A stretch of 64,000 bases of DNA from Meiothermus sp. Lineage in GTDB: Bacteria > Deinococcota > Deinococci > Deinococcales > Thermaceae. The notes beneath the pieces were generated by a model, which had not been told where the DNA came from, did not search any database, and was given only the letters and a program-made list of their open reading frames with translations. Shown in pieces: positions 1 to 9,160 of this stretch (its first letter is position 1; each line of letters opens with the position of its first letter). A program made the translations under genes and the position numbers. Where the stretch lies: NCBI GenBank assembly GCA_033762915.1, contig JANRLD010000006.1:1-64000 (forward strand). Reading direction: 5' to 3'.

Positions 1-16
1 AAAGCGCTCGCTCACT

Positions 17-51
17 CCCTCACCCCGGCCCCTCTCCCAGGGGGAGAGGGG
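17..51 (+). repeat. REP-like GC-rich palindrome (CCCTCACCCCGGCCCCTCTCCC...GGGAGAGGGG family)
   Basis: Stem CCCCTCTCCC/GGGAGAGGGG preceded by CCCTCACCCC; near-identical inverse copy at 52577-52615. Confidence 0.7.
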
Positions 52-69
52 TTCTGATTGGAGAAACCC

Positions 70-1017
70 ATGAAGAACTTTGCGATGACGGGGGTGGCAG
101 GCTACATCGCCCCGCGCCACCTGAAGGCCATCAAGGACACCGGCAACGCCCTGGTCGCCGCCCTCGACCCCTTCGACTCCGTGGGCATCATGGACTCGTA
201 CTTCCCACAGGCCGAGTTCTTCACCCAGCCCGAGCTCTTCGAGCAGCACCTCTACGACCTCCGTGGCACCGACCAGCAGGTCGACTTTGTGGCGATTGCC
301 AGCCCCAACCACCTCCACGACCCCCACATCCGCATGGCCCTCCGCGCCGGTGCCGACGCCATCTGCGAGAAGCCCCTGGTCCTCAACCCCGAGGACATCC
401 TCCGCCTCAAAGACCTCGAGGCCGAGACCGGTCGGCGGGTCTGGACCATCCTCCAGCTCCGCACCCACCAGGCCCTGCTGGCCCTCAAGCAGCGCCTCGA
501 CGACCAGCCCCCCAAGATGCGCGAGTTAGACCTGACCTACATCACCAGCCGGGGTACTTGGTATTTGCGCAGTTGGAAGGGCCGCCTCGAGCAGTCCGGC
601 GGTCTGGCCACCAACATCGGCGTCCACTTCTTCGACATGCTGACCTGGCTGTTCGGTAAGGTCCAGCACGTCGAGGTCCACCGCCGCGACGACACCGTGG
701 CCGCCGGCTACCTCCAGCTCGAGCAAGCCAAGATCAAGTGGTTCCTCTCAGTGGACGTGAACTATGTCCCTGCCGAGCTACGTGCCCAGGGCAAGCGCAC
801 CTTCAGGTCCATGCAGGTGGACGGCCAGGAGGTCGAGTTCTCCGACGGCTTCACCGAGTTGCACACCCGCGTCTACGAGCGCACCCTGGCTGGCAGCGGC
901 TTCGGTCTCGACGACACCTACCAGGCCATCGCCGCCGTGGCCAAGATCCGCAACCTGCCCCTCTCAACCAACACCTCCACCATGCACCCGTTTTTGCTCG
1001 AGAAAGTAGGGATATGA
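70..1017 (+). CDS. wbpB: Gfo/Idh/MocA oxidoreductase, WbpB/WlbA-like UDP-GlcNAcA 3-dehydrogenase
   Basis: [11 protein letters not shown]-terminus, [20 protein letters not shown] motifs; adjacent hexapeptide acetyltransferase. Confidence 0.85.
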   Translation: MKNFAMTGVAGYIAPRHLKAIKDTGNALVAALDPFDSVGIMDSYFPQAEFFTQPELFEQHLYDLRGTDQQVDFVAIASPNHLHDPHIRMALRAGADAICEKPLVLNPEDILRLKDLEAETGRRVWTILQLRTHQALLALKQRLDDQPPKMRELDLTYITSRGTWYLRSWKGRLEQSGGLATNIGVHFFDMLTWLFGKVQHVEVHRRDDTVAAGYLQLEQAKIKWFLSVDVNYVPAELRAQGKRTFRSMQVDGQEVEFSDGFTELHTRVYERTLAGSGFGLDDTYQAIAAVAKIRNLPLSTNTSTMHPFLLEKVGI

Positions 1018-1616
1018 TGGCCGACGGACACCGGCTCATGGACTACTTCAAGCACGAGACCGCCGTTGTGGATGAGGGGGCCAAGATCGGCAAAGGCACC
1101 AAGGTCTGGCACTTCAGCCACGTCTGCGCCAAGGCTGAGATCGGGGAGAACTGCTCGCTGGGCCAGAATGTCTTCGTGGCCAACAACGTCAGGATCGGCA
1201 GCGGCGTCAAGATCCAGAACAACGTCTCGGTCTACGAGGGTGTCGAGCTCGAGGACTTCGTCTTCTGCGGTCCCAGCATGGTCTTCACCAACGTCCTCAC
1301 CCCCCGCTCCGAGTTCCCCCGCAACACCGCCGCCGACTACGGCAAGATCGTGGTCAAGCGGGGGGCCAGCATCGGGGCCAACGCCACCGTCGTCACCGGC
1401 GTCACCCTGGGCGAGTGCGCCTTCGTCGCTGCCGGTGCCGTCGTCACCCGGGACGTCCCCGCCTACGCGATGGTCGCCGGGGTCCCCGCCCGCATCATCG
1501 GCTGGATGAGCGCCTACGGCGACAAGCTCGACTTCTCTGCTTCCGACACCGCCACCGACTCCCAGGGACACGTCTACCACAAGGTGTCTGAGCGCGAGGT
1601 ACGGAGGCTGGCTTAA
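1014..1616 (+). CDS. wbpD: Hexapeptide-repeat N-acetyltransferase, WbpD/WlbB-like (start may be 1038)
   Basis: [37 protein letters not shown] motifs; ATGA overlap with upstream stop. Confidence 0.85.
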   Translation: MMADGHRLMDYFKHETAVVDEGAKIGKGTKVWHFSHVCAKAEIGENCSLGQNVFVANNVRIGSGVKIQNNVSVYEGVELEDFVFCGPSMVFTNVLTPRSEFPRNTAADYGKIVVKRGASIGANATVVTGVTLGECAFVAAGAVVTRDVPAYAMVAGVPARIIGWMSAYGDKLDFSASDTATDSQGHVYHKVSEREVRRLA

Positions 1617-1754
1617 GCATCTGCATAGTTGAAGTGCACAGTGCCGTCCCGAAATGCCCACTCTAGGAAGTTGCGCCCGCGCTTGCAGCCGTGCTTACGC
1701 CGGGGTACGTGGCTGCGGCACTCGCCGGACTCGCAAAAACCCTGGCGCAACTTA
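1614..1754 (+). mobile_element. MITE family A copy A1
   Basis: TA|AGCATCTGCATAGTTG...CCCTGGCGCAACT|TA; ends shared with five other copies. Confidence 0.7.
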
Positions 1755-1845
1755 TCGCGGTTCCCATCCTTACCTCCCTCGAGGCGGCAGGTAATGCACT
1801 CCCTACAGCGGTTGTTGCTGTAGGGAGTATGTGTGGGAACCGCTC
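1755..1845 (+). mobile_element. MITE family B copy B1
   Basis: TCGCGGTTCCCA...TGGGAACCGCTC terminal inverted repeats; internal CTCCCTACAGC/GCTGTAGGGAG hairpin. Confidence 0.75.
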
Positions 1846-1863
1846 TAAACCGTGCGTCCCTGC

Positions 1864-1900
1864 ACAGACCCCCGCAACGCCCACGCGGGGGTCTGTTTTT
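1864..1900 (+). terminator. Intrinsic terminator after wbp genes
   Basis: ACAGACCCCCGC/GCGGGGGTCTGT stem followed by T-run. Confidence 0.75.
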
Positions 1901-2019
1901 GAACAAATCCTAATTTGTGCAGTGGTAAGATACCCGGACGCAAAACTCGTGTTTGGATCATCGCCTGTCTGGTGCTCGGCTGGGTGGGCGCGGTCAATAG
2001 CTCAACAGGAGGCGTACAC

Positions 2020-3189
2020 ATGGGTCGTATGCGGTTTGGTATCTTTTTGGCCCCGTTCCACAAGCCCGGCATCAACCCCACGCTGGCCCTCGAGCAAGAC
2101 CTCGAGCTGATCCAGTGGCTCGACCGCTGCGACTACGACGAGGTGTGGTGTGGCGAGCACCACTCCGCCGGTTCGGAGATCAGCGCCTCGCCGGAGATAT
2201 TCATGGCCGTGGCCTCACAGCGCACCAAGCACATCAAGCTGGGCTCGGGCGTGATCAGCATGTCCTACCACAACCCCCTGTGGGTAGCCGAGCGGATCGT
2301 CCAGCTCGACCACCTGACCCGTGGCCGGGTGATGCTGGGCCTGGGGCCGGGCTCGCTACCCAGTGACGGCATAATGATCGGGATTTCCCAAAACGACACC
2401 CGCAGACTGTTGGAGGAGGGCCTCGGCGTGGTGATGAAGCTCCTCACCACCGAGGAGCCGGTCAACTTCAAGAACGAGCGCTGGGACTTGCGCGACGCCC
2501 GGCTGCACTTGCGCCCCTACTCCGACCCCCTTTTCGACATCGCCATCCCCGCCGTGGCCTCGCCCACCGGCCCCAAGCTGGCCGGGATGCACGGCCTTGG
2601 CCTGCTCTCCATCGGGGCCACCACCGCCGCCGGTTTCGACGCGCTGGCGCTGCACTGGGACGTGATGGAGGCCCAGGCCAAACACTACGGCACCAAGGTA
2701 GACCGCAACAAATGGCGGCTGGTCGGCCTGGTACACTGCGCCGAGACGATGGAGCAAGCCTACAAAGATGTCGAGTACGGCATCGAGCAGTGGTTCGACT
2801 ACTTCCAGGCCGTCGCGGCCTTCCCGCAGATGGCCGTACCCGGCAACAACGTCAAGGAGATGATCTCCTTCGTCAACGACTCCGGCTTCGGGGCCATCGG
2901 GACCCCCGATATGGTCAAGGCCCAGATCGAGCGGCTGTGGAAACAGTCGGGAGGCGGCTTCGGGGCCTACCTCACCCTGGCCCACAACTGGGCTAACTTC
3001 GACGCCACCCGCCGCAGCTACGAGCTAATCGCCCGCCATGTGATGCCCCACTTCCAGGGCCAGCACCACTCCACCATGCAGGCCGCCGCCCGTGGCCGCG
3101 CCAGCCGCCCCGAACTCGCCGCCATCCACTCCAAGGCGGTCGAGGACGCCACCCAGCGGTATCACGAGGAGGCTGCCAAGCGGAACTGA
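2020..3189 (+). CDS. LLM-class flavin-dependent monooxygenase (limonene monooxygenase-like)
   Basis: RFGIFLAPFH, WCGEHHS, LDHLTRGR motifs; AGGAGG RBS upstream of ATG 2020. Confidence 0.85.
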   Translation: MGRMRFGIFLAPFHKPGINPTLALEQDLELIQWLDRCDYDEVWCGEHHSAGSEISASPEIFMAVASQRTKHIKLGSGVISMSYHNPLWVAERIVQLDHLTRGRVMLGLGPGSLPSDGIMIGISQNDTRRLLEEGLGVVMKLLTTEEPVNFKNERWDLRDARLHLRPYSDPLFDIAIPAVASPTGPKLAGMHGLGLLSIGATTAAGFDALALHWDVMEAQAKHYGTKVDRNKWRLVGLVHCAETMEQAYKDVEYGIEQWFDYFQAVAAFPQMAVPGNNVKEMISFVNDSGFGAIGTPDMVKAQIERLWKQSGGGFGAYLTLAHNWANFDATRRSYELIARHVMPHFQGQHHSTMQAAARGRASRPELAAIHSKAVEDATQRYHEEAAKRN

Positions 3190-3303
3190 TCGCGTTTCCC
3201 ACCCATACTCCGCCCACGGTGCTGCGCTAAAGCGCCCGCTTTAGCGCAGTATTGCGCTCGGTACGGCAAAAACCGCCGTACCGAGTGTTTGTGGGAAAAG
3301 CTC
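3190..3303 (+). mobile_element. MITE family B copy B2 (TGA target duplication on the LLM stop codon)
   Basis: TGA|TCGCGTTTCCCAC...GTGGGAAAAGCTC|TGA. Confidence 0.75.
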
Positions 3304-3306
3304 TGA

Positions 3307-3409
3307 GAGCGGTTCCCACACATACTCCCTACGGCGCTAAAGCGGGCGGTTTTTGCTGTAGGGAGTACATTACTTGCTGCCTCGAGGGAGGTAAGGGTGG
3401 GAAACGCGA
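3307..3409 (-). mobile_element. MITE family B copy B3, inverted and abutting B2
   Basis: GAGCGGTTCCCAC...GTGGGAAACGCGA; reverse complement closely matches B4 and B1. Confidence 0.75.
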
Positions 3410-3454
3410 AGAGGCACGGTCCAAGCCCCTGTGGCAGGGAAGGATGATGGGGGT

Positions 3455-3484
3455 GGGGGAAGCCTGACGCGTCAGGCTTCCCCC
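3455..3484. terminator. Perfect 30-bp palindrome between convergent genes (likely terminator)
   Basis: GGGGGAAGCCTGACG|CGTCAGGCTTCCCCC. Confidence 0.6.
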
Positions 3485-3517
3485 CTCTTCGGCTTCTCTT
3501 TGCCCGCGTCTCTTCCG

Positions 3518-4084
3518 CTACCCAACCGGCTGCGCCCGCTGCACCTCGATGATCTGCTGGCGCTCGAGCTTAGAGAAGTAGTAGCAGATCATCTCCTCAG
3601 AGAGGCCCAGCAGCCGGGCCAGCTCTTGGGCGTTGATGCCGTGCTGTAGGTGGGGCTTGGCCTTCTGCCAGAAGATGTTGCGGGGGGCGTTGGGCTCCTT
3701 GCCGCTGACCAGTTTGAAGCGGATGCCGGGGGGAACCAGCTCGATGGTGCGGAACTTGATCTCCTCGTCCATGATGGTCAGGGAGAGCAGGACTCGCTCG
3801 AGGGGCCAGTTGAGGGCCGGATCCACCGGGGTTTTGAACCAGCGAACGCTCAGCTCAAAGAGGCCGGTGCCTGCGCCCATAATCTCCAGCAGCTTGGCCT
3901 TGGTCTGCAGGGGCTCGACAAACTGACCGTTGTGCTGGAGGCAGCGCAGGTTTCCCTCCTTGATGTAGAGGGTGTAGCGGCTACGACCCGGCAGGTTCCA
4001 CAGCTCGAGGATGCCAGTCTGCTTGCTTATGATTCCAACCAGTTCGTGAAAGGGAGTCTTTTCGAGATTGCCTGAAACGACCAT
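3518..4084 (-). CDS. DUF4388 (PATAN-like) + C-terminal winged-HTH protein
   Basis: SGNLEKTPFHELVGII-TGILEL N-terminus; INAQELARLLGLS HTH; GAGGAGG RBS. Confidence 0.7.
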   Translation of the reverse strand: MVVSGNLEKTPFHELVGIISKQTGILELWNLPGRSRYTLYIKEGNLRCLQHNGQFVEPLQTKAKLLEIMGAGTGLFELSVRWFKTPVDPALNWPLERVLLSLTIMDEEIKFRTIELVPPGIRFKLVSGKEPNAPRNIFWQKAKPHLQHGINAQELARLLGLSEEMICYYFSKLERQQIIEVQRAQPVG

Positions 4085-4155
4085 CCACTACCTCCTCGAA
4101 TGCTTCTTAATAGCAGCTTAGCGACAAACGGGCCGGGACACGGGTCAAATCAACG

Positions 4156-4186
4156 CAAAAAAAGGAGGCCTTGCGGCCCCCAAGTT
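4156..4186 (-). terminator. Intrinsic terminator between the DUF4388 genes
   Basis: Minus strand GGGGGCCGCAAGGCCTCC followed by T8. Confidence 0.7.
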
Positions 4187-4199
4187 ACGCTGCTGTAGG

Positions 4200-4904
4200 C
4201 TATAGGACGCTGCGGCGGGTACGCCCCAGAAGGGCGTCCAGCAGGCGCTGCACCAGGCTGCGGCTGGCGGCGGGCTGGGCAAAGACCGGAGAAGGCTGCG
4301 GGGCGATAGCTTCGACCTCGGCCACCGGCGCAGGCGCGGCCTGCTGGGCCTGGGCGGCCTGGAAGGCGTCCACCGCGGCGATGTAGCCCATCTGGCGCAG
4401 GGCGTAGACGTCTTTCAGCACGTCGGCCACCGGGAGGTTGAGCTGCTCGGCCAGGTCGTCGCAGGAGACGCCCCGGGCCTCGCGCAGATAGAAGGCAGCG
4501 CGGAAGAAGAAGCGGCCCAGATCGCCGGGCAGCGACTTGGCCTTGTCGGTGGTGCGGAAGCGGGTGCCAGGGTCGATGAACTCCTCAGAGTGATCGGTAG
4601 CGCTGCTCAGGTCGAGCATCATGTTGGGCAGGTAGTAGTTGAGCGAGCGCTCGTCGCCGCTGACCGGAAAGCCGGTGAACTCGAAGGGGGCCTCGAGCGT
4701 GTTGACCAACTCCTGCAAGGCTTCCTTGGTCTTGTAGAGGCTGAGGCTCTGCTGGTCGCGGAAGGCCCGGATCAGGTTACCTTTGTCAATCTCGAGGGTG
4801 ATCAAGGCGTCGGGGGTGCGAACCGTCAGCCAGCCGGTGCGCTTGACCAGTGGGGTGATCAGTTCGGTGAAGGGGATGTACTTGAGATCGCCAAACAATG
4901 CCAT
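4200..4904 (-). CDS. DUF4388 + winged-HTH protein
   Basis: [39 protein letters not shown]; paralogue of neighbour. Confidence 0.7.
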   Translation of the reverse strand: MALFGDLKYIPFTELITPLVKRTGWLTVRTPDALITLEIDKGNLIRAFRDQQSLSLYKTKEALQELVNTLEAPFEFTGFPVSGDERSLNYYLPNMMLDLSSATDHSEEFIDPGTRFRTTDKAKSLPGDLGRFFFRAAFYLREARGVSCDDLAEQLNLPVADVLKDVYALRQMGYIAAVDAFQAAQAQQAAPAPVAEVEAIAPQPSPVFAQPAASRSLVQRLLDALLGRTRRSVL

Positions 4905-5130
4905 AACAAGCCTCGCTACTCCCCAATGTATCAAAACCGGCCTCGAAAAGAGCTTGTGCCTCGAGGAACCGACGTTACACTGGGCGCAACCCCCGCTCCT
5001 GGGGCGTGTCCTTAGGTTCAATATACACGCTCAGATGGGCATAACGGGGTCATTTACGGTTTCGCGAAATGAGGGAAGCTTAACCCCAGTCCGCAATCCA
5101 GTCTGTGATCGGGCCTGTAAGATTAACCCC

Positions 5131-5568
5131 GTGAAACTGGCGGCACTGGACGTGGGGGAAGCCCGGATCGGGCTGGCGGTGGGGGACCTGGGGCGGGCCT
5201 GGGCCTTCGGGCGGGGGTACCTGGTGCGCAAAACCTTGGGGGCCGATTTGGCCGCGTTGCGGGCCTTCGCCGAGGCGGAGCGGACCGAGAAATTCGTGGT
5301 GGGGCTGCCCCTACGCACCGACGGCAGGCCCAGCGCTCAGGCCGAAAGGGTGTTGGGCCTGGTTGAGGCCATGCGCCGGGAGGGTATGATGGTCGAGCTG
5401 GTGGACGAGCGATACACCACCAAGATCGGGCAAAACCGCCTGATGAGCGCCCCCAAGCGGGTGCGTCAGGAAAAGGGCAAGCTCGACGAGGCTGCCGCCG
5501 TGGCCCTGCTGGAGTCGTACTTAAGTCATCCAGCAGCGTCCCAGGCCGAGTCCGAGCCCTCGAGCTGA
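5131..5568 (+). CDS. ruvX: Holliday junction resolvase-like / pre-16S rRNA nuclease YqgF
   Basis: [29 protein letters not shown] motifs. Confidence 0.9.
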   Translation: MKLAALDVGEARIGLAVGDLGRAWAFGRGYLVRKTLGADLAALRAFAEAERTEKFVVGLPLRTDGRPSAQAERVLGLVEAMRREGMMVELVDERYTTKIGQNRLMSAPKRVRQEKGKLDEAAAVALLESYLSHPAASQAESEPSS

Positions 5569-5570
5569 GC

Positions 5571-6650
5571 ATGGACGAGCGTAAGCGACCCACCACTGAG
5601 GAGAGCAGGGCCACCTCCGAACGACCCCCCGCCGAGGCCCCCAGCAGGGGCAGCTCGCCTTGGATCTTGCGCGGGGTGCTGGCGATGTTTGTGCTGCTGG
5701 GCGGTCTGGTGGGCTACGGGCTGTACCTGGCCGGCCCCACCGGCGTCACCGCTGAGGTGCGGATTCCGCGCGGGGCGGGGGCCGCCAGCGTCGGGCGCAT
5801 CCTGGCCGAGGCCGGAGTGGTGCGCTCTTCGGCCCTATTTGCCTACTACCTGCGCTTCTCGCGGCGCGACAAGGACCTCAAGCCAGGCTTCTACCGCCTC
5901 GAGGGCAGCGGGCTGCGGGCGGTGGCGCTGGCCGTCACCGACGACTCACGCCCGCTCACCGTGCGCGTCACCTTCCCCGAAGGCTGGCGGGCAGTGGACA
6001 TCGCCGCGCGCCTGACCGACAACGACCTCGACGGCCCGCGCTTCCTCGAGCTGGTGCGCAGCCCGCCCCCCGAGCTGCGCCCCGCCGAGGCCAAGGGGCC
6101 GACCCTCGAGGGCTACTTGTTCCCCGCCACCTACGACTTCCCCCGCGACTACAGCGCCGAGGACATCCTGCGGGCCATGACCCGCCGCGCCGAGCAGGAG
6201 TTCACCCCTGCCGCCAGGGAGCGCCTGGCCCAGCTCAAGATCGCCAGTGTTCACGACTGGGTGACGCTGGCCTCAGTGGTGCAGGCCGAGGCCGCCAACG
6301 CTGCCGAGAAGCCCACCATTGCCGGTATCTTCCTCAACCGCCTGGACATCGGGATGCCCCTCCAGGCCGACCCCACCGTGGCCTACGGCCTGAACAAGCG
6401 CCTCCCCGAGCTAGACCGGGGTGCGGGCGACTTCGAGCAGGACACCCCCTACAACTCCTACACCCGCCGGGGCCTCCCCCCCACCGCCATCGGCAACCCC
6501 GGCCGGGAAGCCCTACGGGCCGTCTTAAACCCCGTCCGCACCAACGCTCAGGGCAGGCGCTACCTCTACTTCCTCCACGCCCAGGGGAGGCTATTCCTGA
6601 ACGTGGACTTCCAGGGACATCTGCGCGACACGGCGAAGTACTACAGGTGA
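5571..6650 (+). CDS. mltG: Endolytic transglycosylase MltG
   Basis: VTFPEG, LEGYLFPATY, LASVVQAE, LQADPT, TPYNSY, GLPPTAIGNPG motifs; N-terminal TM. Confidence 0.92.
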   Translation: MDERKRPTTEESRATSERPPAEAPSRGSSPWILRGVLAMFVLLGGLVGYGLYLAGPTGVTAEVRIPRGAGAASVGRILAEAGVVRSSALFAYYLRFSRRDKDLKPGFYRLEGSGLRAVALAVTDDSRPLTVRVTFPEGWRAVDIAARLTDNDLDGPRFLELVRSPPPELRPAEAKGPTLEGYLFPATYDFPRDYSAEDILRAMTRRAEQEFTPAARERLAQLKIASVHDWVTLASVVQAEAANAAEKPTIAGIFLNRLDIGMPLQADPTVAYGLNKRLPELDRGAGDFEQDTPYNSYTRRGLPPTAIGNPGREALRAVLNPVRTNAQGRRYLYFLHAQGRLFLNVDFQGHLRDTAKYYR

Positions 6651-6703
6651 GGTAGAGGCGACGAGGCGGGAGAGGGAGGCAAAAGCCAGCAGCGCCTTCG
6701 CCC

Positions 6704-6811
6704 TAAGTTGCGCCAGGGTGTGCGCGACCAGGGGGCAACATGGCCTCCCTGGCCCAATTCCCTACAGGCGTTTCGGGGCACTATCTCGCAGTTCAACTAT
6801 TGCGACACCTA
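6704..6811 (-). mobile_element. MITE family A copy A2
   Basis: Minus strand TA|GGTGTCGCAATAGTTG...ACCCTGGCGCAACT|TA; begins on the anti-sigma stop codon. Confidence 0.7.
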
Positions 6812-7483
6812 GTTTTGGACGGGCAGCGCCCGGATCTGGGTGGGCTCGAGGCTGCCGCCCGACTGCTCCTCGGTGATGTGAACTACGTCGTAGCCCGCGG
6901 GCATCTGGAAGACCTTCAGGCCGCCCCGGAAGGTCTCGAGGCCGACGTGGTTCTCGCCCCGGACGCCCCACAGCTGATAGGTCTTGCCTGGGGGCGGCGG
7001 GGGCAGGTTAACCCAGATCAGGGCCCGCCCGTCCTGGCGCACGATGCAGCGCCCCACGGCCTGCTGCTGCTCGTTCACCAGGGTCACGAAGTGGCTTTTG
7101 GGGTCGGTAAAAGCGCTCAGCCAGGGGTAGAGCCAGCTTCCGCAGTAGCCCACCGACAGCACGGCCGCGACCGCCGCCGCCTGACCCAGCCAGCGCGGCC
7201 AGTTCGGGGCGGTCTTTGAGGGCTGTGGCGGGCCGCCCGGCCTGGGCACCGCGCTCACCGCAGCCCGCGCCTGGACGCGACCCAGCACCTCGGCCTTGAG
7301 CCCGGGCCGGGGCCGCACCTGCGTCGCGCCGCTTAGCTCCGCGGCGGTCTCTTGCAGGGCCTTCAGCTCACCCAATAGCTCGGGGTGCTGCTCGAGGTCC
7401 CGCTCGACCTGTCGCCGTTCGGCCTCGCTCAGGGCGTGGAGGGCGTAGAGCGGGAGCAGTTCGCGCAGTTCGTCAGGCTTCAC
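6809..7483 (-). CDS. Anti-sigma factor (RskA-like)
   Basis: ELLPLYALHAL N-terminus, single TM, LPPPPPGKTYQLW and ITEEQSGGSLEPT motifs; coupled to sigma gene. Confidence 0.85.
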   Translation of the reverse strand: MKPDELRELLPLYALHALSEAERRQVERDLEQHPELLGELKALQETAAELSGATQVRPRPGLKAEVLGRVQARAAVSAVPRPGGPPQPSKTAPNWPRWLGQAAAVAAVLSVGYCGSWLYPWLSAFTDPKSHFVTLVNEQQQAVGRCIVRQDGRALIWVNLPPPPPGKTYQLWGVRGENHVGLETFRGGLKVFQMPAGYDVVHITEEQSGGSLEPTQIRALPVQN

Positions 7484-8117
7484 GCAGCACCTCCCGCAGC
7501 TTGGACATGGCCTTGGACAGCTTGGCCTTGAGGGTTCCCAGGGGGATCTTTAGCAACTCCGCAGCCTCGGGGTAGGTGTGACCCCGGTAGTGCAGGGCCT
7601 CGATGATCGCGCGCTCGGCGGGCTCGAGGGCGGCCAGGGCGCGCTGGATGCGAACCCGGTTGAGCGCGTTCTCCTCGTTAAGCCCCTCCCCCGGCACGTC
7701 GAAGGCCTCGTCTTCGCCGTCCTCGTCTTTCAGGGGCTCCTGGGCCTTGGGGCGGACGGCCTCGGAGCGCACCCTGTCCACGCAGTAGTGGTGCCCCACC
7801 GCCAGAATCCAACTGCGCCCGCTGGCCTTACGGAAGTCAAAAGAGGCGGCCCTGTTCCAAAGGCGGACGAAAATCTCCTGCACGGCGTCTTCCTGCGCAC
7901 CGGGGTCGAAGCCCATACGCCGCGCCAGCCCCAGCATGGCCGAGGCGTAGCGGTCGTAGAGCACCCCCAGCGCGGCCTCGTCGGCCCGCGCCACCAGCGC
8001 CAGCAGCGTCTCGTCGGGGAAGCCCTCGAGCGCAGACGAGCCCGACCCTGGCTCGAGCGTAGACGAGCCTGACTCTGGCTCGAGCGCAGACGAGCGGAGC
8101 TTCGGCTCGAGGCTCAT
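7473..8117 (-). CDS. ECF RNA polymerase sigma factor (SigK-like)
   Basis: AALGVLYDRY, EDAVQEIFVRLW, SWILAV, IPLGTLK motifs. Confidence 0.88.
   Translation of the reverse strand: MSLEPKLRSSALEPESGSSTLEPGSGSSALEGFPDETLLALVARADEAALGVLYDRYASAMLGLARRMGFDPGAQEDAVQEIFVRLWNRAASFDFRKASGRSWILAVGHHYCVDRVRSEAVRPKAQEPLKDEDGEDEAFDVPGEGLNEENALNRVRIQRALAALEPAERAIIEALHYRGHTYPEAAELLKIPLGTLKAKLSKAMSKLREVLREA
8026..8112. repeat. 3 x 27-bp tandem repeat in the sigma factor 5' end
   Basis: CTCGAGCGYAGACGAGC-N8-GG units, each starting at CTCGAG. Confidence 0.8.
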
Positions 8118-8543
8118 GCCCGACCATCCTACCTCACCTGCATCCCTTCGCAGCGCATAGTTTTGTGTAGACGAAAGATCCAGCACATGTCCTCGAGGGG
8201 CTGTACGTGTGCTGTGGGGGAAAAGGATTAAGGCGAGCGGAGAAAGGAGCAAAGGGAAATCAGAGCCAGGGCCAGGGGCCGCCCCGGCCGAGTTGAATGG
8301 GGAGATTTGCTGGGTTTTTGCGGTAGCTCAAACGCCCAGGGCCAAGGTTGGGGTTGTATCGCCTCCCGAACCTCGCCCCGCTTGGGCGGCAGGTCGACGC
8401 CAAGAAGCCGGGCCGGTGCGCCTGCCGCAGGCATCGGAGGGGGAGGCGAGGTACAAGAGGGGCCAGGTCGAAGTCAGGTTCCCGGCAACCTGTGGGGGTC
8501 ACCCTTGGCCTTGACGGCCCTGCTATGCCTCACCCCCTCTCCC

Positions 8544-8987
8544 CTATGCCTTCACCTCCCCGCCGCTGCCCACCATAAGGCTGGCCTCGCGGTGGAGGAA
8601 GGCCTTGAGCACGTCGGTGACGGTGAGGATGCCCACCAGCTTGCTGCCGGACAGCACGGGCAGGCCGCCGATCCGATTCTGGATCATGCGGTGGGCGGCG
8701 GTTTGCAGGGGCTCGCCCTCGCCGACGGTTATGGGGTCTTTGGTCATGATCTCGCCTACCCGCAGCTTGGAGATCAGGTAGTTGAGTTCCCAGATCGATA
8801 GCGAGGTGGCATCGGAGGGCATGGCCTGCTTGAGGTCGCGGTCGGTCACGATGCCCACCAGCCGGCCATCGTCGACCACGGGCAGACGGCGGAAATTGCC
8901 CTTCTTCATCAGCGTAGCGGCCTCGGGCACGGTCATATCGGGCTTGACCACGGCGGGGTTGGGGGTCATCCAGTCTTTGACCAGCAT
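8544..8987 (-). CDS. CBS-domain pair protein (AcuB-like)
   Basis: MLVKDWMTPNP, RRLPVVDDGRLVGIVTDRDL, LVGILTVTD. Confidence 0.88.
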   Translation of the reverse strand: MLVKDWMTPNPAVVKPDMTVPEAATLMKKGNFRRLPVVDDGRLVGIVTDRDLKQAMPSDATSLSIWELNYLISKLRVGEIMTKDPITVGEGEPLQTAAHRMIQNRIGGLPVLSGSKLVGILTVTDVLKAFLHREASLMVGSGGEVKA

Positions 8988-9048
8988 AGTTGTATCACCT
9001 CGACCCAAAGCCTACCCCGATGGCGTCGGATAAATGTCTCTATGCGGT

Positions 9049-9152
9049 CGAACGTCATGGGCAAAGTGTCAAAAGTCGAAAGCCGAAAGCAAAAAGCCGA
9101 ACGCCAACAGACCTACAGCAATGGTCTGTTGGCGTTCGGCGTATGACGTTCG
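9049..9152 (-). terminator. Terminator hairpin embedded in heptamer repeats
   Basis: 18-bp perfect IR 9096-9113/9123-9140 then T-run on minus strand; outer IR 9049-9058/9143-9152. Confidence 0.7.
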
Positions 9153-9160
9153 GCGGCTGT

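Noticed and set aside
3190..3409. tRNA or riboswitch-like hairpin cluster
   Set aside because: Fully explained by two abutting family B MITEs; no T-loop or anticodon-arm pattern.
8026..8112. 27-bp periodic repeat as a mini-CRISPR
   Set aside because: Units are contiguous with only ~8 variable bases, lie in frame in a CDS, and no cas genes are present.
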